A stretch of 64,000 bases of DNA, from assembly GCF_963921235.1 (NCBI RefSeq), contig NC_086107.1, positions 99,388,001-99,452,000 of the forward strand, written 5' to 3'. Below, one piece after another: positions 13,366-26,800 of this stretch. This DNA is from Mobula hypostoma. Lineage: Eukaryota. Under the pieces are notes generated by a model, which searched no databases, was not told the DNA's origin, and was given only the letters and a program-made list of their open reading frames with translations. Position 1 is the stretch's first letter; each line of letters begins with the position of its first letter. The position numbers and the translations under genes are program-made.

Positions 13366-14399
13366 ACATTTCTCTGACATTATCTATTATCTATTGAAAC
13401 CTATTGAGACATCGCATCGGTATTCACTGAGAAGGAAGACAAGGTAGAAAACCTCATGGAGAGGGGCAATGATATTTCAGAGCACCGAAGCATACTTTGG
13501 TTTATTATTGATACATATACTGAGATACAGTGACAAAGCTTTTTGTTCGCTTGTCATCCATTCCTTGCATAATTATATTGTCCTCGGACATGGGCGATCG
13601 TGGTCTTTCTATGGCCGTGATTGTTCCTGGCAAATTTTTCCACAGAAGTGGATTGCCATTGCTGTCCTCCATGTAGTTAAAAACATACATAGTGGTGCAA
13701 TTGTAGAGGTAACTATATTGCAGAGAGACAAAGTGTACTGGCCGTGATGAGGTAGATCGAATAGTAAAGGGAGGTTTGTCTGAGTGGCTGTTAACGACCG
13801 TTACATCTGGTGGTTCATCCTTTCAGGCTTTTGTATCTCCTACCCGAAGGGAGAGAGAAGAAAAGAGAATGAGAGTTGTCGTCGATTATGCAGGCCACTT
13901 TCCTGAGGCAGTGGGAAGTGCAGACGGAGTCAATGTAGGGGAAGCTGTTTTACATGGTAGACGGGGCTGCGTTGATAGCTCTCTGCATTTTCTTGCAGTC
14001 TTGAGCAGAACAGCTTCTACACCGAGCCGTGATTAGTTGAAATAGGATGCTTTCTAACGTTGAATGAGTCAGATGGAGACAGGGTTAGATGTCATGGAAC
14101 ATATGAAAGTCAATAAGATCTGATGAGAGGTATTATGTAAGCGGTCTCTTTAGTCAAGAAAGGCAGTGGGAATAAGCCAGGCAATTTCAGGCCAGTGAGT
14201 CTTACGTCAGTGGTAGGGAAATTATTATATTAAAACATTCTAAGGGACAGGGGTTGAATCAGCATGGTCATCAGGACCAGGATCTATCAGCCCCAACCCA
14301 CGCTTCTCAGCGCCTACCCTCACACATCCTCAATTCAACAGCTACCTCTCCTGTCACACTGATGCTCCCAGATCACATAAAATTACTATATCACTTCAG

Positions 14400-14890
14400 A
14401 CTCTTCAAGCCGGCGCCTCCGGCGGAACCTTTTCCGAACGGTCACGTTCCGGAACCTCTTCCACTGTACATAGGTTCCGGCCGGAGGCCGTTACAGTTGC
14501 GCATGGAGACAGCGGGTCCGTGGGAGGGATGGCGGCCGATGCAGATTTCCTTCACCGTTACCGGGCTGTATCCAACAAGCTGAAGAAGTGAGCGGAGGTT
14601 TTAAAGGCGGGAGTGGTGGGGGACGTAAGGGTGGCGGAGGGATGGGGAGGGAGGGTTAGTCAATACAGCCCTTAGCTCCACCCACTGCGCCGGTGCCCCG
14701 CCCCCCTCTGTTGCGACCCTCACCATTCCCCCTCCGGCTCCGGCTCCCTCCCCGGGCCTCGGCGCTCGTCGCCCTATTGCCCCGCGTTCACCCCTCGCCG
14801 GACAACCCTCCCACCCCATACCTCAATGTGGCCCGCCCTTTCACCGGACCCCACCGCCCCGTCCCCCCTCCCTGCTGGGCACCGTAGCTT
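14400..14890 (+). promoter_or_regulatory. CpG-island promoter / first exon of HAP40
   Basis: CpG-rich. Clustered CGGAA/TTCCGG (ETS/GABP-like) motifs at 14410-14490, TGCGCATG (NRF1-like) at about 14498, and GATGGCGGCC (YY1-like) over the start codon. No TATA box. Confidence 0.75.
14529..14587 (+). CDS. F8A1: HAP40 exon 1 ([19 protein letters not shown])
   Basis: Strong Kozak gggATGG; donor AA|gtgagc. Confidence 0.93.
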
Positions 14891-17800
14891 CAAAGTCCAA
14901 AGTAAATTTATCATCAAGGCACATGTGTGTCTCCGTTTTCTTCAGAATAGAATCAGGTTTATTATCACCGGTATGTGTCGTGAGATTTGTTAACTTATCA
15001 GCAGCAGTTCAATGCAGTACGTTATACAGAAGAAGAGAAAAAATATAATAATAAATAAGTAAATCAATTACAGTATGTGTATATCAAATAGATTAAAAAT
15101 CGTGCAAAAACAGATATAATATATATTTTAAAAGTGAGGTAGTGTCCAAAGATTCAATGTCCATTTAGAAATCGGATGGCAGAGGGGAAGAAGCTGTTCC
15201 TGAATCGCTGAGTGTGTGCCTTCAGGCTTCTGTACCTCCTACCTGATGGTAACAGTGAGAAAAGGGTGCTGGAGGTCCTTAATAATGGACGCTGCCTTTC
15301 TGAGATACGGCTCACTTGTAGGCTAGTACCCAAGATGGAGCCGACTAAATTTACAGACCTCTGCAGCTTCTTTTGGTCTTGTGCAGTAGCTCTCCACCCC
15401 CGCCCCCATACCAGAGTGATACAGCCTGTCAGAATGCTCTCCATGGTACATCTATAGAAGTTTCTGAGTGTATTTGTTGACATGCCAAATCTCTTCAAAC
15501 TCCTAATGAAGTATAGTTGCTGTCTTGCCTTCTTTAAAACTGCATCAATACGTTGGGACCAGGTCAGGTCCTCAGAGATATTGACACCCAGGAACTTAAA
15601 ACTGCTCACTCTGTCCACTTCTGATCCCTCTATAAGGATTGGTATGTGTTCCTTCGTCTTCCTGAAGTCCACAATCAGCTCTTTCGTCTTACTGACATTG
15701 AGTGCCAGGTTGTTGCTGCGACACCACTCCACTCCAGTTGACATAACTCACTCCTGTACGCCCTCTCTTCACCATCTGAGATTCTACCAACAATGGTTGT
15801 ATCATCAGCACATTTATAGATGGTATTTGAGCTATGCCTAGCCACACAGTCATGGGTATAGAGAGAGTAGAGCAGTGGGCTAAGCACACACCCCTGAGGT
15901 GCGCCAGTGTTGATCGTCAGCAAGGAGGAGATATTATCACCAATCTGCACAGACTGTGATCTTGGAGTTAGGAAGTCAAGGATCCAATTGCAGAGGGAGG
16001 TACAGAGGCCCAGGTTCTGCAACTTCTCAATCAGGATTGTGGGAACGAATGGTGGGCATATTCAGTAAATTTATAGAATAATAACCATAATAGAATCAAT
16101 GAAAAGCCACACCAACTTGAGCAAAAGATACTCAATAATAAATAAACAATAAATATCGAGACCATGAGATGAAGAATCCTTGTAAGTAGTTGTGAGAACA
16201 TTTCAATGATGGGGCATGTGAAGTTATCCCTTTTGGTTCAAGAGCCTGGTGATTGAGGGGTAGTAACTGTTCTTGAACCTGGTGGTGCGAGTCCTGAGGC
16301 TCCTGTACCTTCTTCCTGATGGCAGCAGCAAAAAAAAGAGCATGGCCAGGGGATGCCCCAATGATGGATGGTGCTTTCCTGCGACAGCGCTTCATGTAGG
16401 CGTGCTCACTGGTGGGGAGGGCTTTACTCGTGATGGATTGGGCCGTATCCACTACCTTTTGTAGGATTTTCCATACCTGGCTGTGATGCAGCCAGTCAAT
16501 ATACTCACCACTACATATCTGTAGAAGTTTGTCACAGTTTTAGATGTCATGCCAAATTTTTGCAAACTCCTAAGGAAGAAGTTGTTTTCTTCATAATTGC
16601 ACTTATGTGAGAGGTCCTCTGAAATAATTACACCCTCCTTGCCTCCTGTGGTTGTGTCCTTGCTCTTTACGCCGAGTGCAAAGTTATGGAATTGACATCA
16701 TTGCTGTACACCGTACTTACACGACACGGAAACAGGCCCTTCAGCCCATCAGTTCATGTTGACCCTCAAGCATCTGCTTGTATTAATCTCCCTACATTCT
16801 AATCAACAGAACGGTTAGAATGTAGGGAGATTAATTTTCTCCCTTCAGTGGCCAATTAACCTTCATTACAAGGCCCTTCAGGCAATGGGTTGATACCTGA
16901 ACCCGTGAGGGTAGTGTATAGACTCAATGTGCACTCGGCTCTGCAGTTCAGGACTGAATGCAGCTCACTGGTGCTGTGAAGTGGTGGTTTTCCAAGCTAC
17001 ACTACTGTGGTCCATGTACAAAAAGGGTAACTGATCTCACAAACAGTCTGACTCTTTCAGTGATTCTTATGCTGGTGGTGCTGACCTCATTCGAAACAAT
17101 GGCAGCCTGATGGCCCATTTCAATCTCACACCACTCTCCCTGTGTTCACCCTCCACGTTGCCTGTTCTTCTCCAATCAAGGCAGCCCCTCCCACCCCTTC
17201 CAACCTCCGTCCACTTCTCTTGGTCACTCACCACTCTGATACCCTGCGGCACCCTCCCGTTTCACCCCCTTCCCAATGACTTGAACTTTCACCGCTGGGC
17301 AGCACTTTCACCCCAAAGCAACACACACAAAATGCTAACATCAGCAATTCTGCAGATGCTGGAATTTCAAGCAACACACATCAAAGTTGCTGGTGAATGC
17401 AGCAGGCCAGGCAGCATCTCTAGGAAGAGGTACAGTGGACGTTTCGGGTGGAGACCCTTCGTCAGGACTAACTGAAAGAAGAGCTAGTAAGAGATTTGAA
17501 AGTGGCGGGGCGGGGGAAGTCCAAAATGATAGGAGAAGACAGGAGGGGGAGGGATGGAGCCAAGAACTGGACAGGTGATTGGCAAAAGGGATATGAGAGG
17601 ATCATGGAACAGGATCCAGGGAGAAGGAAAAGGGGGAGGGGGGGATAAAGACCTAGAGGATGGGCAAGGAGTATAGTCAGAGAGACAGAGGGAGAAAAAG
17701 AGAGAGAGAAAGAATGTGTGTATATAAATAAATAACAGATGGGGTACGAGGGGGAGGTGGGGCATTAGTGGAAGTTAGAGAAGTCAATGTTCATGCCATC

Positions 17801-20800
17801 AGGTTGGAGGCTATCCAGACAGAATATAAGGTGTTGTTCCTCCAACCTGAGCCTCCCTGGGCCTCCTGTCCCATGATCCTCTCATATCCCTTTTGCCTAT
17901 CACCTGTCCAGCTCTTGGCTCCATCCCTCCCCCTCCTGTCTTCTCCTATCATTTTGGATCTCCCCCTCCTCCTTCCACTTTCAAATCCCTTACTAGCTCT
18001 TCCTTCAGTCCCGAAACGTCGACTGTACCCCTTCCTGTAGATGCTGCCTGGCCTGCTGCGTTCGCCAGCAACTTTGATGTGTGTTGCTCACGCAAAATGC
18101 TGGAGGAATTCAAGTCAGGGCAATAAACAATCGAGGTTTAGGGCTGAGGTCCTTCATCAGGGCCAGCATTTTGTGGGTGTTGCTGAAGATTTCCAGCATC
18201 TACAGAATCTCACCCCTAAGACACACCCTGTGCCAGACATGTGTAGACTCCAGCTACACATCTTGTTTATTTGGTAAACTCCTGATTGCTGTGTGTTTAA
18301 TTTTACAGGCGTTTCCTGCGCAAGCCAAATGTGGCGGAAGCAAGTGAGCAGTTTGGTAAGTGACACTTAGGAACGTGGGGAGAATAATAATTAGATTATT
18401 GTAAAAGGTTGCTTGATGGTTAACCCATACTCGATGGGTTGAAGAGCCTGCTTCCAACTTGTATCTCTCTGTGACTGTGAGCCTATTGATTGACTGGATT
18501 GCAGAAGAAGCCAAGGAAGAATGGGAATGTCATACCCACGTCTGCCTTCCCGTGATGTGTTCTCTCTGGTGGAGTGACCCGGAGGGTGGCCGTCAAGTGA
18601 GGAATTGCGGTGTAGGCACGGTGGATTGCAGGGCCTGTTCCTCCGCGAGTCCGTGACTGTCTGACCTTGGGGAGGAGAAAGTTCTGAGGAGCATGTGAGA
18701 GCAGGAAAAATCTTAACACCATGGTGCAGATCTTCACCATTAAAGGGTCTAGTGTTTGGCAGGGCTGATATCCTATTTATTTTACACACCTCCATCTCTC
18801 ATGGTCAACCATGGATGTTGCGTCCTCACTGTCTAGATACGCAAGCCTGGGCAGCACAATATGGAGATTAAGCTATTAAGCTGTTACCTATGTAGCAGGC
18901 TCCCCCTCTCCACACATCTGATAACCCAGAGGAACGGCTGAGCAGTGTCGCAGGAGCTGCCAGTCAGCATTGAACCCAACGCAGGACTCCCTTAGGGACT
19001 CCGCCTCTAGATTTTCCCCTCCAGGTTTACTCCCAAAGCCTTCCCCAGGAGTGGGTTTTGCTGCAAGGCAGTGGAGGTTTGAGATCAAAGTTTTCCTTCT
19101 CCTAACCGAGCTGCCAAACACAGCTGACGAGCCTCATCTGCCCAAAGTGACCGATTTTAAGGTGCCAGTAACCTGCCTTTGCTCCTTTTCCTGTCAGTAA
19201 AAACGGTTCTGCTGGGCTTAGTAGCTAAGCCACACATGAAGGTTAGGAGCTGGACTTGGCTGTCAGAGACTATTTAAGCTGCACCCCATTGGGAGCATTT
19301 AATAGGTAGTGGGAGCTTGTCTCCATTACCACCCCTGGCTAGAACAACCTTAAGGAACCACATTTTTGAGTGTTAATATTTAACCTAAGAGACTTGGGTA
19401 TTTGTGGGAATAAGTGTATGACTATTTCTTAGATTTACTTTTGAAACAATCAGACACTGGCTTGGCCTTGAACTAACCAACCTTGGTGACTGGTAATTAT
19501 GTTCACCAACCAGTCCTAGCCTTAGTGACTTAGTGTCCCAGTCATTGATCAGGCCTGGCCTTGGTTTTTAGGGTATTGTGTTAAGCTTGTGTGCAGAACC
19601 GACTGATTTGAGTGTGTTGCATTGCAGGTCAGCTGGCCAAAGAACTGAAGCAGGAGGAGTGTCTGCAGTATGCAGGCTTCTGTAACCTGGCTGTGGCACG
19701 GTAGGAAAGTTACACCTCAGACACAATCAGAATCAGTTTTAGTATTACTGACTTTTATAATGTGAAACTTGTCATTTTGCCGCAGCAGTACAGCGCAAAA
19801 ACAAAAATTGCTAAGTAGAACAAAAGGGAATGACAAGGTAGTGTTAATGGTTTCATGGACTGGTGGCAGAGGGAGGGAGCTGTTCTTAAAGTGTTCGATC
19901 TGGGTTTTCAGACTCCTGTATCTCCTCCCCAGTGGTAATAGTGAGAAGAGGGCAAATCTCTAATGGTGAGAGTTCTTAGTGATGCATGCCACCACCTTGA
20001 GGTAATATATCTTGATGATGTCCTCAATGGTGGAGATGGTTGTGCCCGTGCTTTAACTGGCCGATTCTATGATCGGCTCCATCCTTTTGTGCTCCTGTGC
20101 GTTGGAGCCTTTGTAACAGGCAGTGATGCAACCAGTCAGAATGTTCTGCACCCTACATGGGTAGAAATTTGCAAGACTCTGGTGATATACCCAATCTCCT
20201 CAACTCCAAATGAAGAGCTGCTGGTGTGCTTTCTTCACGATTGCATCAATGTGTTAGCCCCAGGATAGATTTTCCAAGATGTTGACATCCAGGAACTTGA
20301 AGCAGCTTCCCTTTTCCTCCATTGACACCTCAGTGAGAACTGGTGTACATCCATCTTTCCCCCTCCTGAAGTCCACAATCAGTTCCTCGACCTTGCTGAC
20401 ATTGAGTGCGGTTGTTGCTGTGACACCATTCGGCCAAATGAGGTTCTGCCAACAACAGGTCCTCTCATCCTTCCCTCTCTGCACTACCTGGAGCAGGTGG
20501 GGTTGTGCCCCCATCTCAGGGGATTGGATTAGGGTGGTTTGCTCATCTGAATGTGGGAGAACCATGAGTAACTCCCAGTATCTTCCCAGGGCTGGGTTTC
20601 TCCTTGCCAACTACCCTACATTCCTGGCCCTGTCCTCTCCTATTAACTCCAAAACACAAGAGATTCTGCAGCTGCTGAAAAAAAGTGCTGGAGGAACACA
20701 AGTCAGGCAGTATCTATGGAGGAGAATAAAGGGTTGACTTTTCTAGAGGACCCTTTATCTCTGCTAATCCGTTCCTTTCTCCATCTAATCCACCCAGGTC

Positions 20801-23800
20801 CCCTCGTACACCCACTCACCCACTTCTTTCCAGCCCCTCCCTACCTCGCCTGTGCCCCAGTCCCCTGCTACCCAGTTTCTTCTCCCTCTTTAATCTGGTT
20901 CCATCTGCCCACCACTCAAACCACCGGATCTTCCTCCTCTCTCCCATTCTTCCCATCTTCACACCATCCATTCTTCATCTGGTTCCACTCATCACCTTCC
21001 TTACTCCTCAGGTTCCATTATCCACAGCCATATGTTTCCTCCCCTAGCTGTCTCCCCACTCCGGTCTCTGCTCCTAGGCTAATGTAGGGTCTCGACCATC
21101 CACCTCCCTCTCAGATGCTGCCACAATCCCCTCAGCAATTTGTTTGCTGCTCCAGGTCCCAGCATCCATGGTCTCTTTTGCCTCCTAATGCTGGGTTGAA
21201 GGTGGAGCACTACCCTCATTGCCGTTGTCCTCTGGCCTGCCATCAGGTGTGAACAGACTCTGTTTAATGCTCCCGGAGAGGCCCTGGCCCTGACCGATGC
21301 AGCCCGCCTCTTCCTGCAGGCGGAGAAGGAGACGCAGAAACTCCAGTGCCCAGGCTTCGAGGAACATCTGCAGGCCGCAACCAACTGCTACAGCTTTGCC
21401 ATAAAGGTGAGACGGGAAAGGTCTTTCACAGCCTCGTTACGCCCTAAGCAAGCAGTGACGTACTGTGGAAGTGGGTGAAATGTGAACCCAGTCTGTGCGC
21501 CACAAAATCCCACGTGCAGCGTCAGTATAGAACGTAGAACAGTATAGCACAGTACAGGCCTTTCAGTCCACGATTTGGGCTGACCTTTTAACCGACTCCA
21601 TGATCAATCTCACTTTTCCTTGTCACATAACCCTCCATTTCATCCAGAGGATGACTCCCTGCCTCTTCAAGGAAGCACCACAAGTATTTTCATTGCCAAA
21701 GGCAGCAAAACCTCACGTTACACAGTGTAGTTCTCTCTCAGCACCACAGTGCAGAGATGTGTGAGACTGTTGTACTCAGCTGCCTGATCCAGAGCTGAGA
21801 GCTCTCACTGCTCGACAGCTTGGAGCCAGGGTGCTGGGGTGTGGAAGCCCCACTGGTGGAATATTTAGTATGGCAAGGTCGCTGGTCCTGGGTACTCGGG
21901 ATAGGTGGCTCCCACGAACAGTATAAACCTCAAAATCATTGGCCATTCTTCCCTCCCGCTGCACTGGGCTCCAACGTTTATTGTTTGCGATTTCCCCCAG
22001 GCAGTGACAAATCCGTGTGACCGCCCAAATGGTAGGGAAAGAGGCATTACACACTGCCCAGTTCCCGCTGGCAGTCACTGGCTAATGATCAGGTCAGGAA
22101 AACTGGTCAAAACGCACCAGGATGAGACCACAGACAGTCCGGATCTGGGATTTGGTTTCTCTACTTTCAGTCAAGTCTGTATTGACACATGGATCTCTGT
22201 GTGTTCCCCATTCAATTTGGGTAACACTCCATTGACATTCCATGATAAGCTACTGGAGTACAGCAATACCAACTGTAGGCTAAAGGACACAAAATGTTAC
22301 CTCAAACGAAGGAAAACCGGTGCTAATTTCCCTCACCCTCCCTTTCCACTCTCCACTCCCCCTCCCTCTCCCTCCCCTCCCCTACCTCTCCCTCTCCCCT
22401 TTCCTCTCCCTCTTCCTCTCCCTGCTCCCTCTCCCTCCTCTCTCCCCCTTCCCTCCTCTCCCCCTCCCTCCTCTCTCCCCCTCCTCTCTCCCCCTCCCTC
22501 CTCTCCCCCCTCCCCTCTCCCCTCTCTCCCCCTCCCCCTCTCTCCTCCCTCCTCCTCTCCCCCTCCTTTGCTCTCTCTTTCAGGTCTACATTGAGTTGAA
22601 CCAGCCTGTCATGGCAGCCAGCCTCTGCTTGGAGCTGGGAAATGCTTTGAAGGTAAGTACTGCAACCCCCCTCCCCAATTACTCTACTCCTTATTTTGAG
22701 CCACATTCATGCTGTGCTGTAATAGAGACACCACTGACAATTGGTGAACGATATTCTTAACTTCATTCAAACTCTTAATTGAAAACATAAATATAAACAC
22801 ATTGACATCCGAGGGGAAAATTATTTCCATAGAGTGGCCAATGTTGGCATGTGCCAGAGTCAGAAACATTCACTACGTTTAAGATGTGTATATATATATA
22901 TACACAGGGACTGGAATAGCAAGCCATTGAAGGATGTAGACCGTGTGGTCAAATGGGATTAGTAGAATTGAGTAAACGGTCAGCATTGACATGGTTGGGT
23001 CAAAGATTCTGTTTCTGTGCCACTCTACTCCATGACAATACAGGCCGTTGAGGCACAAGACATTCTGTCTCGGTCAGGACTGTGCATTCCCTTTCTTCTC
23101 CAAGTCCCAGATCCATGGCTCCTCGTTTTCAAGTGTTGGTCCTGGATCCTCACTGGGATTGCAGTTCTCATGCTGTTCCAAAGTAGCAGAAGGAATTAAA
23201 CCCTCTTTCCAGGATCTGTCTCCCGAGAGCACCTTTTCTGCTTTTAAGGAACAGTGCCACATCAACAGTCCAGTCCAGGTCCATTGCAGCTGGACATCAG
23301 GTTGAAAGAGGAGCTCTTTCATCTGCCACAGCACCAGCCTTGTAACAATAGTTCTTGGTGGTGGGGCAATCATTGGAATTGTCTCTTCCTGACCATTTCC
23401 TCACACACATCTCATGACCAGGTTTTCCTGCGTCAGTATCTCACTCTCTTAACCGAGGCCTCTGATTATCTCTGATTACCATGGCAACAGCCAGCTCTTC
23501 TGCCTGCTATTCAGGTCTCAGACGCCACAGGAAATCTTTCAGAGTGGAGCCTTTCTTTCCCAGTGTTCGGTGTTGCTTTCAGTTTATTGGTGTCTTAGAA
23601 CCTTGAGTCCCAGCAGGTCCAACCAACTCCCCAGTGAGGTTACTGAGGACGAGAGAAAGTGTACTTCACAGTACTGTTCCTTTACCTCAGGGAGGATGTT
23701 TCAGGCTGCAGTTGTGGAAATTCCACAGTTTAATTGTCACCAGTGCCTTCACAGAACAGTTCCCAGGTCATAATTCAGTGATTGATCAATATCCACCGAT

Positions 23801-26800
23801 TACAGTAACCTCTTTATATTTTCTTAGCGTCCTCAGAGAACTTTACGGACCATTAATCATCTTCATGTGTGGCAACCAGCAAATGTTTGTTCAAACTGAA
23901 AACATTATCTTTATTTTTCTGGGTGGTTGCTTTTGATCCTTTGGCTGCTAGGCCACTACCTATTGCTCACCCACCTGCAGCCTCCTTGCACTTCACAGAC
24001 ACTTCCAGTAATGTCCATTGCTCACGAAGTTTTGGCACTGCCAGGTCACTCACAGGATACCCTTACATTGTCCAATACTCATTCTGGAGACAGCAGTGAG
24101 GAGTTTGACCGGTTATATTCCTGGTACAAAGAGAGAATGAGCAGGTTGGGTCCAGCACCACTGAGTTCGGTGAATGAGTGATTAACGTACTGAAACAAGG
24201 GGAGCTACAGGGTGGATGGTGAGAGATGTTTCCTCTGGGGAGGACTTGGTTTCAAGTGCAAGCGAGAAGGAATTTTTTTTCTCTCACAGGATGGGGGCAT
24301 CCTGGAGTTTCCTATCCCACAGAGTGTGTTCAGGATGAGGACTGACAGATGTATTAATCTTATTGAAGCACCCGGTTTCCTTGGCTGCATAAGTGTAGGG
24401 AAGACAACCTCCGGCCCCTCCAAACTCGTGAGATTGAGGTGTGCTTGATCCCATTCCAAACCCTGGTTTGTGTGGATGCTGTGTCATTTTCTACCCTGTT
24501 ACAAATTAATGCCATGAAATAACAGAGAGTATACTGCATACGCTGGAATTATATTTATGAATCTTAACTGGAGGGTTAGTAAAGAGTAACAAAAAGAAAA
24601 GGGCCCATTTTAATTAAACAGTCACATGTGCACAAGTTTGAGCTCATCGTGAACTTTTGTCACTTACACACTGACCTCGGTCAACGCGAAAGCACACACC
24701 ACCTTCCGAACGTCGCTTGCAAACCATCTCAAACAAACGGGTCTCTCACCGGATTGTATGCTGTGACTGGTTCTCCCCAGCGTCTTCTCTTTTCATCTCC
24801 TCTCGAACAACAGCCCCAACCTTAGTGTCCCTCACTGGAGAAACCTCCCATTAATCCGACCATACTAATTGGATGGCACACACTTCTCCTCTCTCTTATC
24901 TTCAACAATGAACCAAAGCTGAAAACGAGCAGCTTGCACAGAACAGCATAAAATGAAATACATACAACATAACAGTAAAAAAATATGAACCAGGGCGTTA
25001 CATTATTGTGTGATGGATGTTCACTTTCCACGGCCCGAGAAGCTTATTGCCAGCCTCAGCTTTCTAGCACAGTAGTATGACCTTTCCAAAGGGCCAGAGT
25101 TATTCGTGACAAAGTTAAATTTCTAACAAATATCCCTTGCTCAGCTTCTTGTTGTAAACAAGAATCAGTTTTCAGTTCTTAACGTAAATTGCAAGCATCA
25201 ATCAGTTTGAAGTTAAAAGCATAGGTTTGCAGTGTTACAGAGCACAGGCTGTTGGCCCATGTGGGGGCTGGCTGCTAAGAGATGTGGTTTGCAAAATGAA
25301 ATGTCCGTGAGACATTCTGGTCTGCACCAGCTAAAGTAAAACAATGGGGTTATGTTACATCAAACTAGGCAACTACACCTGAGTTACTTGCATCGTTGTT
25401 ACAGAATCAGGAAGGTCCCAGACTGGGTTTATTTTGTCACTTAGCATATCAAACATGGTAACAGTATGACCAATCAATAGTTGGGGTATTTGTGTACTCA
25501 GAGAGTCAACCCTCACAGTATTAATTGCTGGTGTCTGGGATCTGTCCTCAGAAGCATTAGACCATCTGCGTGAATTACTTTGTCCCAGCAAAGATATCTG
25601 AAAAACTTCACATGCAAATAATGTCAACTAGTAGCAAAACAGTATAAACGTTAGAATGCATCGGGGATTGTTAAGAACGCCAAGAAAATGACAGGAAGAC
25701 AGGGTGACAACAGAAGAACTGGAATTCATTCTTCAACCTTCCGTTTCTTTGATGGATGACTCATTCATCTGCAACTCGTTCATATGTGCTTTTCATAAGA
25801 ATTATACCTGTGTTTGAAAATCCTTTGTAGTTTATAAATCTTTTGGAATTCAGAGAGTGTGTAGAACTATTTGTCTAAATTTAAGCGTGTAGCATTAAAA
25901 ATAAACTAACAGTTTAAGGTACTTTGTTAGCTAGAGGTATCTCCTCCTTGGTAGGAAGGGGAACCCACCACTCAGCCAGTAGCTAGACCTTGCCGCTGAG
26001 ACTAGACAGGGAAGCAAGCTAGTCCTTGAAGAGAATGTGGATACCATATAACCTCCCTATGGTGAGGGTATCCATAGATATCTGTATTGGAGAGGGCTCA
26101 AAACCTCCTTTTCAGTTCAGGGCTTGGCAGTCAGTGAAGCCAGTACCATGGCAATTGAGCTGTGGAATATGAGTGACTGCAGTTTTGGGGTATGCATGGT
26201 GGTGGTGTCAGTGATGGTGGAGCTGGTGAGTAGTGGGAGGTGTAGTGGTGTCTGGGTGACATTACTCACACTCCTTTCTACCACCCTGCCTGTTACTTAC
26301 TCGATTGTGTGTTTTGTTGTTAATCAATCTATTAATGAATTCCACCCCCCCACTTTTTCTCACTAAAGGAAATGAACAAACCGGGCGAGGCATCTGTGTA
26401 CTACCAGCGAGCGGCCGAGCTTCAGTCTCAGGTGCCCATTGAATGCCTGCTGTCGCTGGGCAAGGTGGCTTCCTGTAAGATCATAACCCGTGAGTATAGT
26501 GCCGCCTGTCCACTCAGCCGCAGTGCTGCTGCCCGTCGCTGGTGTCCCTGTCTCATCGTTCACCCCCTTTGCTCTTATGTACTTGTCTCACAGGTGATTA
26601 TGATGGAGCTTTGGCCGTCTTCACTGAGATGCAGCTGATGGCTCAGGAGAAGGGATTGCAGCTGCCCGGAACCAATGCCCCTGTTGGTGAGTGTAGTCAA
26701 AGGGTAGGGGTGCACATACCAGTGTTCCTGTGTGTGTGGGTCACACTGCCCCCTGAGAACTTGTAGCTCGTCTTCATATTTGTACTGTTGATATTTTGTC

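Larger units (their letters stand above)
9780..14270 (+). mobile_element. Ancient CR1 LINE scaffold carrying multiple nested younger elements
   Basis: Collinear decayed CR1 ORF2 pieces at about 9800, 10150-10750, 11240-11500, 13410-13460 and 14080-14270. Confidence 0.6.

Noticed and set aside
21905..22760. Pro/Ser/Leu-rich ORFs
   Set aside because: Read through the polypyrimidine tract; only 22584-22652 is exonic
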